NCBI GenBank assembly: GCA_965204745.1
Contig: OZ242010.1
Coordinates: 4,800,001 to 4,864,000, forward strand
Origin: Candidatus Latescibacterota bacterium
GTDB lineage: Bacteria; Latescibacterota; UBA2968
Length of the DNA stretch: 64,000 nt
Direction: 5' to 3'
Under the pieces are notes generated by a model. It searched no databases. It was not told where the DNA came from and saw nothing but the letters and a program-made list of their open reading frames with translations. Made by a program: the position numbers and the translations under genes. Each line of letters starts with the position of its first letter. The stretch's first letter is position 1. Positions 9,806-20,076 of the stretch are shown piece by piece.

Positions 9806-11350
9806 ATGATGAAAAATATCAACCCTCATTCCTCTCATCGCGTGCGTCTTGGCGGGCACTTGCCATGCCTATCAACTCGTTGGGACAGAGGCATTGTCGG
9901 AAGAACTCGTCGCTCGGCATTACACCATCAACCCCAATCTCGATGTTGTCATTGTCGTGGATAGAACCATCCCGACTTTTGAGTACCAGACCTTCTATTG
10001 CGCTGGCTCGGCAGATGAAGCGGAGGGACAACAGGGGCGGATACACTTTTTAGAGCATATCATGTCGGATACTGGTAGCTATGAACCGGGGGAACTCAAC
10101 CAGATCATCGGAATACAGCGGATCGATAATGGCGGTCAAAACTATGCTTTTACAACCATCCATTTTATGCTCGGCATTTTACGCGCTTCAGACTGCGATT
10201 TCCAAAGGATAAGTTCGATTTTGCCGTTGAGATAGACCGCGACAGATTTTATAATACAGTCATCAATGAGGAAGTTGTCAAACACCAAAAAAAGATCATC
10301 CTGACAGAAAGAAGCCGCAATGTAGCAAATATAAACAGGCAATTTACTGATTATTTTTTTGACTTAATCTACAAGAAAAAACAGTTGTCATATATTGGCA
10401 CAGAGGCATTTATCAAACAACTCGAACCTGATGATTTGAAAGCGTATTACGAGAATTTCCTGCGCTTGCAAAAGAGATTGATCGTCATCATCGGCGATGT
10501 GGAGGTCGACCATGTTCTTGCGAAACTGGACGAGGCTTATGGACATGAACAAACGCTACACAAACCGGCGAACGAATTGCACGCGCCTCAATTTCTCAAT
10601 CGAGACGTGCTGGGCAAAAAGTTCAAACGCACTTCAAAAAATCTCAGTGTTGGCAAATTCAGGAAAAGTTGGTACACACCGAGTTTAGGCCATCGTGACT
10701 ATGCGGGACTGCTCATTCTGGGACGCATGTTGAACAACCCCTCAAATTCCCTGCGGTCTTCTGTGGTCGATTCTGGGCTTGCACATGTTTTTAAGGTGGA
10801 ACTCATCGATTACAAAGGATTTGGTCTGACGAGTTGCAAAGCAGACTCGCCTCCTGACATTTCCGTAGAGGGTATAGAGAACGCTATCCAAACAAAATTA
10901 GAGGAGATCAAAACGCAGGGTATCTCTGAAGATGAATTTACCGCGGCCCAAAACCAGCAGTTGAAAGCGATGTATTCCGCATTTTACAATCGGTCAAACA
11001 TGGCTTATTCATTTGGCCGAACATTCGCCCACACCGACGATCCAATGCTGTATCCGAAATTGATCAAAGACCTCAAATCCATTCACAGAGAAGACATCCC
11101 GCGCATCATCGATCAATACCTGACGAATGACAACTCGATAACCCTCTCCCTAACGTTAGAACTAAAAAAGTCAACACCAAAAAAGAGAACTGCGTTACGC
11201 TCTATAATCGTAGCATCGACATTGGTAGGTTTTCTAACGCTGTTGGGATGTTTTGTCGCGCTGTTGGTATGGGGCATAAGAAGATTACGCAGGAAGTTTT
11301 CCCGAAAAGCGATCACGGATGAAATGGATGCCGCGGACGAACGCGAATGA
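9806..11350 (+). pseudogene. Secreted M16 (insulinase-family) metallopeptidase, catalytic subunit, with at least 3 frameshifts
   Basis: Signal peptide MKISTLIPLIACVLAGTCHA is restored by removing one A from the A5 run at ~9812. HxxEH motif HFLEH. Frame changes near 10180 and 10385. C-terminal TM helix with basic tail. Confidence 0.8.
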
Positions 11351-11363
11351 AAGGCGAAAGGCG

Positions 11364-12716
11364 ATGAATGTATTTCTAAAAGCGATGCTTCGCTTTGCCC
11401 TGTGTTACGCGGTTGGCGTCCTCCCCGCTTCTGCGGACATACCCAATCACCACATTTTTTATCGCAGTGATAAGCGTGCGCCATTGACTAAAATTGAGAT
11501 CGTCTTCCTCGGCGCGGGGAGCAACCAAGAACAGCCTTCTCAAACCGGGCTTGCACAAACAGTCGCAAAGTTGTTTGAGGAGGTTGCGAAAAAACAGGGG
11601 TACTGGAAGCAACTAGAAACATTAGGTACAAGTCTATATCTCTCTACCCATTTCTCATACCAGAAGATAGTCATCGATGGTCTGTCCGAACACTGCGCCA
11701 AGTCCATAGAAATCGTCCGCGATCTCATCTATGATCTCGAGTTTTCTGACTTCGACTTGCAAGATGCCAAAAAACAGAAGGCTACCGATTACCGGAATGA
11801 TCTTAGAAAAAGAACCTCTCTTTTTATGAAGAATTTTGCACTTGCACAAACCAATAGGATAGAGAAGTACGGTGAGCACAAGCCCTTAAAAACGGTCGAG
11901 AATCTCTCGTTAGCGGACATCAGACAATACGCCGATCTGCTTCTGAAAACAGAGGTGGTGTTTTTCAAGGTGATCTCCGACCGCGATTCCACTGAAGTCG
12001 CACAGTTGCTCCGTCCACTTATGGAAGAACGGCAGACGGGCGGGTTTGTGCATTCATTGGCGCGAGCAACAACGGATTCTAAAGTTGGCCCTACGGCGTT
12101 TGTCTTTACGAATTACGAACACTCAAAAAACACCTTCTGTTATTGGGTGATCCCCTGTGGCAGTGTCGGTGAAGAAAATTACATTCCAAATATGATTTCT
12201 AGGACGCTCGGGCAGTATGGCACTCCGCGATTGCTCTACAAATATTTCCGAGAAGAGTTGGGATTGGTCTATGGTATTCAGTGTGATTATAGCTCGACAG
12301 AAAACATCAGATATATCGAAATTTACGCCGATCCTCAACTTCATAACAGCGAAGAGTTGATACGAAGATTATCGGAATTTCTCCTCAGACTGCCCGACGA
12401 TTCGCGCTTTTGGGATGGCATTCAGGAGTTGCGCGAAAGTCGCAATGTCGCCTATGCCCATGTCCATGAACAACTGACACCGCAACGCAGACTGGCTAAT
12501 GAAGTACATGGTGCCATTTACAACCCGCCAAGTCGCGAAGGCGGCTACAAGTCGGTCACCGATGAAGAGGTGCGCGCCTTCCTCGAAAAATACTTTGTCT
12601 CGCAGAATCTCATCATGATCTTCGTCGGTCCTAAGGATCACGTTATCGACATCCTGAATACCCAATGGCCCGAAGCCGAGGTTCATGTGCAAAGCGTGCA
12701 GAGCTTGATCGAGTGA
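11364..12716 (+). CDS. M16 peptidase, non-catalytic partner subunit (signal peptide)
   Basis: GAGS..E...QTGLA lacking HxxEH, RLLYKYFREELGLVY motif typical of M16 C-domains, Sec-type N-terminus. Confidence 0.75.
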   Translation: MNVFLKAMLRFALCYAVGVLPASADIPNHHIFYRSDKRAPLTKIEIVFLGAGSNQEQPSQTGLAQTVAKLFEEVAKKQGYWKQLETLGTSLYLSTHFSYQKIVIDGLSEHCAKSIEIVRDLIYDLEFSDFDLQDAKKQKATDYRNDLRKRTSLFMKNFALAQTNRIEKYGEHKPLKTVENLSLADIRQYADLLLKTEVVFFKVISDRDSTEVAQLLRPLMEERQTGGFVHSLARATTDSKVGPTAFVFTNYEHSKNTFCYWVIPCGSVGEENYIPNMISRTLGQYGTPRLLYKYFREELGLVYGIQCDYSSTENIRYIEIYADPQLHNSEELIRRLSEFLLRLPDDSRFWDGIQELRESRNVAYAHVHEQLTPQRRLANEVHGAIYNPPSREGGYKSVTDEEVRAFLEKYFVSQNLIMIFVGPKDHVIDILNTQWPEAEVHVQSVQSLIE

Positions 12717-12930
12717 TATAGCCGTATTCAGAATTTGTGACGACATCAGCTACGACAGCACCCATAGTTTGGATTGGAAGGTGGCAAAACAACTGCGGGA
12801 GATCCTCCTCGGTTCGTCAGAGAGCAATTAGCCCGTCCAGTCCTCGTTACCTTTTCGCGTTTTGCCTCTTGGTGACGAAAACCCGCAGGGCGCAATAAAG
12901 CGCGATAACCACTGACAGGAGGAACCGGCT

Positions 12931-13533
12931 GTGGAAGTTATTATTATTTTTTCTATTGCCATCATCTTAGTCATTGGCATTGGTGGTCGATGGGCAAAGA
13001 ATGCCTTTGGTTGCTGTTGCCACGAGTGTGGCTCCAAAATGCAGCCATTTGAAAAATTATCCGATGGCGACAAGTCCGATATTCTGGCGTACTTCAGGCG
13101 TTTTGAGGATCGTGAGCCAGACGAGGATGGCATTTTCGCATGCCCTAATTGTCTGCTTGTGTACGACGATTTTTCGGGTGAAAAGCGAACGATGGATGGG
13201 GACGAGAAGTCGTTCTGCAAGGTGTGCAACTCTCCAGGTGTATCGTATATCGGCCCCATGGTGGCTTCTGGCGAGTTGGGCGAATTTCAGAAACGCAACA
13301 AAAACGCAATTGACCAAATCGAGTGCCTGCGATGCCAGAGAAAGCCTTTGGGCGTTTGGGACTGTGTCCCATGCGACACAGAGAACAAAATAACGGCTTG
13401 CCGCCGTTGCTATTCGATCTATGCTCAGATGCATGTGAATGGAAGTCGATACAGATTTCAGGTCCTGCTTTCGGACAAGGGCGTAATAAAAAAATCCCCG
13501 GACTCAAGGTGGGGAGTTTTTGAAGCCGAGTAA
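12931..13533 (+). CDS. Membrane-anchored Cys-rich (multi-CxxC) hypothetical protein
   Basis: AGGAGG SD before GTG, N-terminal hydrophobic helix, six CxxC motifs. Confidence 0.7.
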   Translation: MEVIIIFSIAIILVIGIGGRWAKNAFGCCCHECGSKMQPFEKLSDGDKSDILAYFRRFEDREPDEDGIFACPNCLLVYDDFSGEKRTMDGDEKSFCKVCNSPGVSYIGPMVASGELGEFQKRNKNAIDQIECLRCQRKPLGVWDCVPCDTENKITACRRCYSIYAQMHVNGSRYRFQVLLSDKGVIKKSPDSRWGVFEAE

Positions 13534-13569
13534 CCGGCCACATGCAAAGCGAGTTGAAGCAAAAGGATG

Positions 13570-13601
13570 CGAACCTGAAGTTTTCTTCGGGTTCGTTTTT
13601 T
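13570..13601 (+). terminator. Intrinsic terminator
   Basis: CGAACCTGAAG-TTTT-CTTCGGGTTCG followed by T6. Confidence 0.75.
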
Positions 13602-13619
13602 GATTCCCTTGGGAACATC

Positions 13620-15975
13620 ATGAAACGAACCGATCTATACGCCTTTCTGAAACCGCACGCCGAGGAAGTGCGGGTCGATCTCGGAGAGGTTTTGTTTTTG
13701 CAAGGCGATCCCGGGGATTGCTTTTACTACGTCGTCTCTGGACAACTCAGAGCTTTCACGAGAGGCGACGACAATCAGGTGCAGACCTTGGGCTATCTCT
13801 TTCCGGGCGACCACTGCGGCGAAGGTGCGTTGGTCACGGGCAACCCGCACCGGGCGACGGTTCGAGCGGTCGACCCCTCAACCGTGCTGAAAATCTCGCA
13901 CAGCGGCTTTCGCGCCCTCGCAGCGGAACATCGGGAACTGATCCCTTACCTGCGCGATCAAGTCCGCGACATCGCTTATCGGAACTTCACGAAATGCTTA
14001 CAATTGGACATCGTCAACCTCCGAGAGGGCATGCAACTTTTCTTTCAGAGTCTGGAGAGAACGGTCATTGCCGCGGGCCAAAAAGTGGTCTTAAAGGGTG
14101 AACCGACGAAAGGTCTGTACCTCGTTGGCCGCGGCGCCTTGCGATTGACCGCGTCTGGGCAACCCGCCAAAATGCACGAGGCGGGCGACTTTTTTCGCGG
14201 CGTATCAGCACCCGATCAAATCGCCCTAGAAACAGAAACCGAAGTGGTCCTTTACGCACTCTCGCATGCCGACTTTGCCCGAGTACTCGAAAAAGCACCG
14301 CAGATCATTCGGGTTTTCGAAGAGAACGAGAAAAATGAACCCGAACCCGAGGCATTGCCCCAAAATGGTCGGGTCAACATGCTAAAAATTGAGCCGGAGC
14401 AACGCATTGCGGATCAAAGCCCGCGAAAATTGCGAGACTATATCGCGTTTCCCTACATCAAGCAACACGATGAAACCGATTGCGGCGCGGCCTGCCTCGG
14501 CATGATCTGTCAGTATTACGGGCTATCTATCGGCCTCAACCGCCTGCGGGATATGGCCAATGTCTCGCGGGAGGGCACATCCCTGTCCGCGCTTGCCGAA
14601 GCCGCTGAAAATTTGGGCTTTTTGGCGCGTGGCGTGCGAGTCGGATACGAAGAACTCGGGAATAGGGACCTGCCGCTCATCGCGCATTGGGAAGGCTATC
14701 ATTTTGTCGTTCTGTTTCGAGTCAATTCAAAATACGCTTGGATCGCCGATCCCGCCCTTGGGCGCAGAAAAATCTCCCGCAAAGAATTTGAGGAAAAGTG
14801 GTCCAATCTCGCCCTGATGCTCGACTACACGGAAAAGGTCTCGAGATCTCGGCAAAGGAGATCCACATTCAGGCGGTTTTTTCCATTTGCCCGTCCCTAT
14901 TTCGGTATCCTCGCCGAAATCATGATCGCATCCCTCGTCCTCAGCCTGTTCGGTCTCGCCTCCCCCTTGTTCACGCAGATGATCCTCGATCAAGTGCTCG
15001 TCCACCAAGATACCCGCCTGCTCAACCTCTTGCTGATGGGCATGATCATGATCGCCTTATTTCGCATCGCCACCTCTGCTTTGCGGAATTATCTGATCGG
15101 CTATGTGGGGGCGCGGATTAGCATCTCGATGTTGTCGCATATTTACCACCATCTCCTCCGGTTGCCCATGCGATTTTTCGCCCTCCGCAGAACCGGTGAA
15201 ATCATGACGCGATTCCGAGAGAGCGAGTATTTGAGGAGCCTCTTGACGGAAACGGCCATTTCAGCGGTCTTAGATGCGATCATGATCGTCGTCTATTTGG
15301 GCTTGATGTTCTATTACCACACCTCGATGACCTTTTGGGTTTTGGCGTTCATACCGATCAGCGTTGTCCTCACCCTCATCTACACGCCCATTCTCAAATC
15401 CATCAACCAGCGGTCTTTTCTCGCACGCTCGGAATGGTCATCTGTGCTGATCGATTCCCTGCGCGGCGTTGAAGTCATCAAAACACTAGCATTTGCAAGA
15501 ACCCATCATGTTCAATGCCACCATAGCGGAAAATATCGCCTTGGGGATCAAAGATGTCGATATGGACCGTCTGATTGAAGTTTCCAAACTCGCTTGCGCC
15601 CACGATTTTATTCAAGACTTGCCAATGGGTTACGAAACCAAAATTCGGGAACAGGGGGTCGGGCTTTCCGGCGGTCAGCGGCAACGCTTGTCCATCGCAC
15701 GAGCACTGTATGGCGACCCCAAAATTCTCATCTTTGACGAAGCGACAAATGCGTTGGATTCAGAGTCTGAGCAGGCGATACAGGAAGGGTTAGACGGCAT
15801 GTTGGAAGGCAAAACCGCGTTTATCATCGCACACCGATTGAGCACGGTCAAAGATGCGGATTTGATCATCGTCTTGGACGATGGCAATATTGTTGAGCGG
15901 GGAACGCACGATACGCTCATCGCGGAAAAAGGGCTTTATTACGCGCTCTCAGGCCAACAATTGCAGGTTGTGTAA
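13620..15975 (+). pseudogene. Peptidase-containing ABC exporter (two cNMP-binding domains, C39, TMD, NBD) with internal deletion and frameshift
   Basis: C39 motif QHDETDCGAACL...HW..YHF. The TMD breaks at ~15491 and joins out of frame to the Q-loop (LQEP). LSGGQ, ILIFDE and IAHR are present; Walker A is absent. Confidence 0.85.
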
Positions 15976-16013
15976 AGCGGTGTGCCCATCCCACAATGAC
16001 CTACGGAGTTCCA

Positions 16014-17348
16014 ATGGCTGAATCTCAAATTGAAAAACCGCTTGAGAACGAAGTTGATTTGGCCGAGAGCACAATTGAATTTTTAGGGTCTTTACATCCG
16101 TTTTTTAGCCGTGCGCTGATTTATCTCTTGTTGCTTTTTATCGCGCTAACACTGGCTTGGGCATGGTACGGTCAGGTGGATATCGTCGCAACGGCCCCAT
16201 TTCGTCTGGTGCCCTTGGGAAAAGTTCAAAACATCCAAGCCCCGCGTTCGGGTGAGATCCAAAAAATCGCCATCGCTTCGGGAGATCGCATTGTCGAGAG
16301 ACAGATATTATTTCGGCTCCACTCACGAGAAACACTCCAAGAGTTCCGCGAATTGGAACAGGCAGAAATCGCTTTTAAGCAAGCTGAATTTGATTTGCAA
16401 CAAACCTTGGCAAAAAAAAGAGTTTTGGCAAAGGAGACCATTTCGGCCATCGAGCATCGCGTGCGCGTCATGCAAACAGTCATGCAGACTTACAACGAAG
16501 CACTTGGAAACCATGTTGAAACGCGGGACACAACATCCCATACACCCGATCTCGAGATGGAAATTCAGTTCCGATCTGCCGAAGTAGAACACTTGAAACA
16601 GCGATATGAACAGAACCAAAAATTGTACGAGAAAAGACTCATCAGCCTTGCTACACGCAACGAAGCCAAGGTTCGCTATCTCGGCGCGTTGGCAGAACTG
16701 CCCGCACGGATGGCTGAAATCAACCGCTATGAGGTTTCCCTCAAGGAATTAAGACGCCAAATTTTAGAAGAACAACTCGAAATTGAACGCACGGCGGCCA
16801 ACTTCCAAAATGCTTATGACATTGCATCGGTCAGACTTAAAAGAGCGAAACAAACCGTGAATCGATCCGTGGATGCGGATCTCGATCTCATTCTCGCTCC
16901 CGAAGCGGGCGTTGTAACGCAAGTTCTGGTCAATACCCCTGGGCAGGTGGTCAACAAGGGCCAGACACTGGTAACCATCGCCCCGGCGTCAACCCCGATA
17001 GTGGCCGAAGCCTTAATCTCGAATAAAGATGTCGGGTTGCTGACCTCTGGACAAAAGGTGAAGCTCAAATTCGAGGCATTTCCGTTTCAGGATTACGGCG
17101 TCCAATACGGTTATTTGAGGCAAATTTCCCCCGATGCAATGAGCGATGCGCTTTCGGGGACCGTGTTTAGAGGGATTATCGACTTGGAGAAGACGACCCT
17201 CCAGGTCCACGGCGAGGAGAAAGCGTTCATGTTTGGCATGAAAGGCACGGCTGAAATCATAACAGATCGCCAGTCCATTTTGATGCTCGCGCTCAAACCG
17301 TTGCGACAGTTGCGCGAGTTGACCGCGTTTTCTCCAAAGGCAGAGTAG
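16014..17348 (+). CDS. HlyD-family secretion membrane fusion protein
   Basis: N-terminal TM, IQAPRSGEI, coiled coil, APEAGVV, GQKVKLKFEAFPFQDYG and GMKGTAEI. Confidence 0.92.
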   Translation: MAESQIEKPLENEVDLAESTIEFLGSLHPFFSRALIYLLLLFIALTLAWAWYGQVDIVATAPFRLVPLGKVQNIQAPRSGEIQKIAIASGDRIVERQILFRLHSRETLQEFRELEQAEIAFKQAEFDLQQTLAKKRVLAKETISAIEHRVRVMQTVMQTYNEALGNHVETRDTTSHTPDLEMEIQFRSAEVEHLKQRYEQNQKLYEKRLISLATRNEAKVRYLGALAELPARMAEINRYEVSLKELRRQILEEQLEIERTAANFQNAYDIASVRLKRAKQTVNRSVDADLDLILAPEAGVVTQVLVNTPGQVVNKGQTLVTIAPASTPIVAEALISNKDVGLLTSGQKVKLKFEAFPFQDYGVQYGYLRQISPDAMSDALSGTVFRGIIDLEKTTLQVHGEEKAFMFGMKGTAEIITDRQSILMLALKPLRQLRELTAFSPKAE

Positions 17349-18167
17349 ATGGCAATTGATCCCGTTTTAATAGAGATAAACGGAACCTGTGTGCGTTTGT
17401 CCCACATCGTCAAATCGATGCGGGCGGCGGGCAAGGACAACTTGCACGATCTTTTTACGCAACGCTGTTTGGTCTTTCAGATTGCTCAGCGAGAAAACAT
17501 TGCGGTTTCCCGAGATGAACTGCAAAACAGAATGGATCAATGGCGGTACAAGAACAGATTGGAAAGCGTGGCGGATACGGAACGCTGGCTTTCGCAACGC
17601 CATATCTCCTTTGCCGATATGGCACTGGAAATTGAGTACCAGATTCTCCAAGAACGGCTAAAAGCACAAATCACCTCGGAACAGATTCACGCTTATTTTG
17701 GAACCCGAAAACTGGCGTTTGAACGTCGGGAAATATGTTGGATCACGGTCGATGAAATGGATATTGCCGAAGAGATTGCAACGCAAGCAAGGGACTATGG
17801 GCGAGATTTTCACGGCCTCGCACGCCAATATTCGCTCGATGAAAACACGCGGCCTGCCAGCGGGTATCTCGGTTGCCTGACGCGGCGGGATTTGCCCCCT
17901 GCTATTGCGTCCTTACTCTTTGCGGCTGATGTGGGCGAGGTGATTGGCCCCATAAAAATCTCCTCCCATTATGAACGGGAGGAGAAAGGCTACGCGCTAT
18001 ACTATGTTCAACGCCATTGTGCCGCCGTGCTCGATGCCCCCACAAAAGCGCGTTGTGTGCAAGAACTCTACCAACTGCGCTTGAGGCGCGAAGCGAAACG
18101 CAGTCACATAGCGTATCCGTTCTTAAATTCGATCTGCACAGAACACCGCTTCCCCAAGAGAATTTGA
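17349..18167 (+). CDS. PpiC/parvulin-type peptidylprolyl isomerase-like protein
   Basis: DFHGLARQYSLDENTRPASGYLG...GEVIGPI parvulin motif and a SurA-like N-terminal helical part. Confidence 0.8.
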   Translation: MAIDPVLIEINGTCVRLSHIVKSMRAAGKDNLHDLFTQRCLVFQIAQRENIAVSRDELQNRMDQWRYKNRLESVADTERWLSQRHISFADMALEIEYQILQERLKAQITSEQIHAYFGTRKLAFERREICWITVDEMDIAEEIATQARDYGRDFHGLARQYSLDENTRPASGYLGCLTRRDLPPAIASLLFAADVGEVIGPIKISSHYEREEKGYALYYVQRHCAAVLDAPTKARCVQELYQLRLRREAKRSHIAYPFLNSICTEHRFPKRI

Positions 18168-18171
18168 TGGC

Positions 18172-18291
18172 CCAACGCTGGATGATGCGATGGGGATCGA
18201 TAAACGCGAGTCGCGCTTGGGAAAATGAGACATGGTGTTTGGACTGATCGATGCTGTCCTTTTGGGGATCCCATTCGAAGTTCATCGTCAC
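18172..18291 (-). pseudogene. Truncated BrnT toxin (N-terminal ~39 aa)
   Basis: MNFEWDPQKDSIDQSKHHVSFSQARLAFIDPHRII resembles the intact BrnT at 35964-36224. Similarity stops at the PpiC 3' end. Promoter TTGACA-17-TATAAC at 18322-18350. Confidence 0.8.
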
Positions 18292-18428
18292 GCGGTTTCA
18301 TGTGGGTTGGCACGTTGTATAGTTATAAACACATCATCCGATCATGTCAAGATCGCTTGGCGATTTTTGGCATGTGATGTAAATTGATCGCGTTGTCTGT
18401 TTCATCCATTGTTTTTTAGGAGGGTACA

Positions 18429-19799
18429 ATGTCGAATAAGGTGACGATTTTTGGCGCGGGGAGCGTGGTGTTTTCCCTGGGCTTGGTGAAGGATTTGTGC
18501 TTGACCGAGTCGCTGAATGGCAGCCACGTTTGTTTTATGGACATCAACGAGGAAGTCCTCGACGTGATTTACGAACTCGGCAGACGTTATGCCGAGGACT
18601 TGAGCGCGGATATGACGTTTGAAAAAACGACGGATCGAGCCGCCGCGCTGAAAGACGCCGAGTTTGTGATCAATGCGGCGACCGTGACGCACAACGAGTA
18701 TTTCATGCAACGGCGGCGCAAAATGACGGCCAAACTCGGTTATTTTTACGACAAAACCGGGATGCCCGAATACCACAACTTGCAACTCATGCTCGACGTC
18801 GCCAAAGACATGGAGACCCTGTGCCCGGATGCGTGGATTTTGCTGGCGGGCAATCCGGTCTTTGCGGGAACGACCCTGATGACGCGCGAGACCGGCATCA
18901 AGGTGTGCGGCTTGTGCCACGGGCATTACGGGTACGCGAGCGTGGCGCGCACCCTGGGCATGGATCCGGATGAGGTGACGTGGCAGGCACCGGGGTTGAA
19001 TCACAATATTTGGCTGACGGATTTTATCGTTGAAAACGAAGATATGTATCCCGAGTTGGATCGGTGGATCGCCGAAGAGAGCGAGGCGTATTGGGACAAA
19101 TTGACCCGCGAGGGCAAGGCGATTCCCACGCAGATGTCGCGTGCGGCGATTCATCAATACAAGATGTATGGCCTCATGCCCATTGGCGACACGCCGCGCA
19201 GGGGCGGTTGGTGGTACCACGCGGATTTGGACACGCGGAAATACTGGTACGATCCCCATGGCGGAAAAGACACGCCCGCCGGGCGCGATCAAGTGCTGGC
19301 GAGCAAGGCCAAAAAATACGAGCAGATGAAGGCCGCGGCTTACGATGAGAAAATTCGGCCAGTCGATCTGTTCGGCGACGAGATGACGCACGAGCAACAC
19401 ATTCCCATTATGAACGGCCTGGTCAACAATGTGGAGGGCCAGTTTCAGGTGAACGTGCCCAACTACGGCGTGTTGCCGGGCATTCCAGACGACGTGGCCG
19501 TGGAAGTGCCCGCGATTGTGAATAAGAAGGGCATTCAGCCCTTGCGCGTGCCGCCCCTGCCCAAGAAAATTATGCTGGAATGCGTTTATCCGGATTGGCT
19601 CAACATGGAACGCACCCTCGAAGCGGTCTTGTCGGGCGACAAGTCGATGATGCTGTTCGGGGTGTTGGAAAGCAAAGAGACGCGGTCTTATGACCACGGC
19701 CTAGAGACACTCGCCGCCCTGTTCGACATCGAACCCAATGAGCCGATGAAATACGTGGAGGACATCAACGCGCACTTTTCATGGCCGAAGAATTGGTGA
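18429..19799 (+). CDS. Glycoside hydrolase family 4 (NAD-dependent alpha-glucosidase/galactosidase)
   Basis: IFGAGSVVF, CPDAW...NPV, GLCHG, GLNHNIW and VNVPN...VAVEVPA. Confidence 0.92.
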   Translation: MSNKVTIFGAGSVVFSLGLVKDLCLTESLNGSHVCFMDINEEVLDVIYELGRRYAEDLSADMTFEKTTDRAAALKDAEFVINAATVTHNEYFMQRRRKMTAKLGYFYDKTGMPEYHNLQLMLDVAKDMETLCPDAWILLAGNPVFAGTTLMTRETGIKVCGLCHGHYGYASVARTLGMDPDEVTWQAPGLNHNIWLTDFIVENEDMYPELDRWIAEESEAYWDKLTREGKAIPTQMSRAAIHQYKMYGLMPIGDTPRRGGWWYHADLDTRKYWYDPHGGKDTPAGRDQVLASKAKKYEQMKAAAYDEKIRPVDLFGDEMTHEQHIPIMNGLVNNVEGQFQVNVPNYGVLPGIPDDVAVEVPAIVNKKGIQPLRVPPLPKKIMLECVYPDWLNMERTLEAVLSGDKSMMLFGVLESKETRSYDHGLETLAALFDIEPNEPMKYVEDINAHFSWPKNW

Positions 19800-19831
19800 A
19801 AGCCGCCCCAAACTGAATGGAGGTGATACGG

Positions 19832-20020
19832 ATGGCAGGATGGAGTGATGGAAACGTGGTACTCAATCTTTATCATGTCATTTATGCAGAGAAAGCCGAC
19901 GATACAAATATCCGTGTACATTTGCGCGAAAAACGCATGGTCTATCTTCGCTATAAAACGGAGGCCGAGCGCGATGAGAAGTTCGGCGATTTGACGACCG
20001 CGATGCAGAGGGGCTATTAG
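19832..20020 (+). CDS. Small hypothetical protein (62 aa)
   Basis: Strong GGAGGTG SD; fills the gap between two plus-strand genes. Confidence 0.6.
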   Translation: MAGWSDGNVVLNLYHVIYAEKADDTNIRVHLREKRMVYLRYKTEAERDEKFGDLTTAMQRGY

Positions 20021-20076
20021 GGATTGGGAATGTACGACTGAAAACCGCTTTCATTCGCAGTTGATTGGAGGTTTGT

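Noticed and set aside
12717-12930. Possible riboswitch upstream of the Cys-rich gene
   Set aside because: No consensus that I recognise (c-di-GMP, SAM, TPP, cobalamin) and no convincing expression platform.
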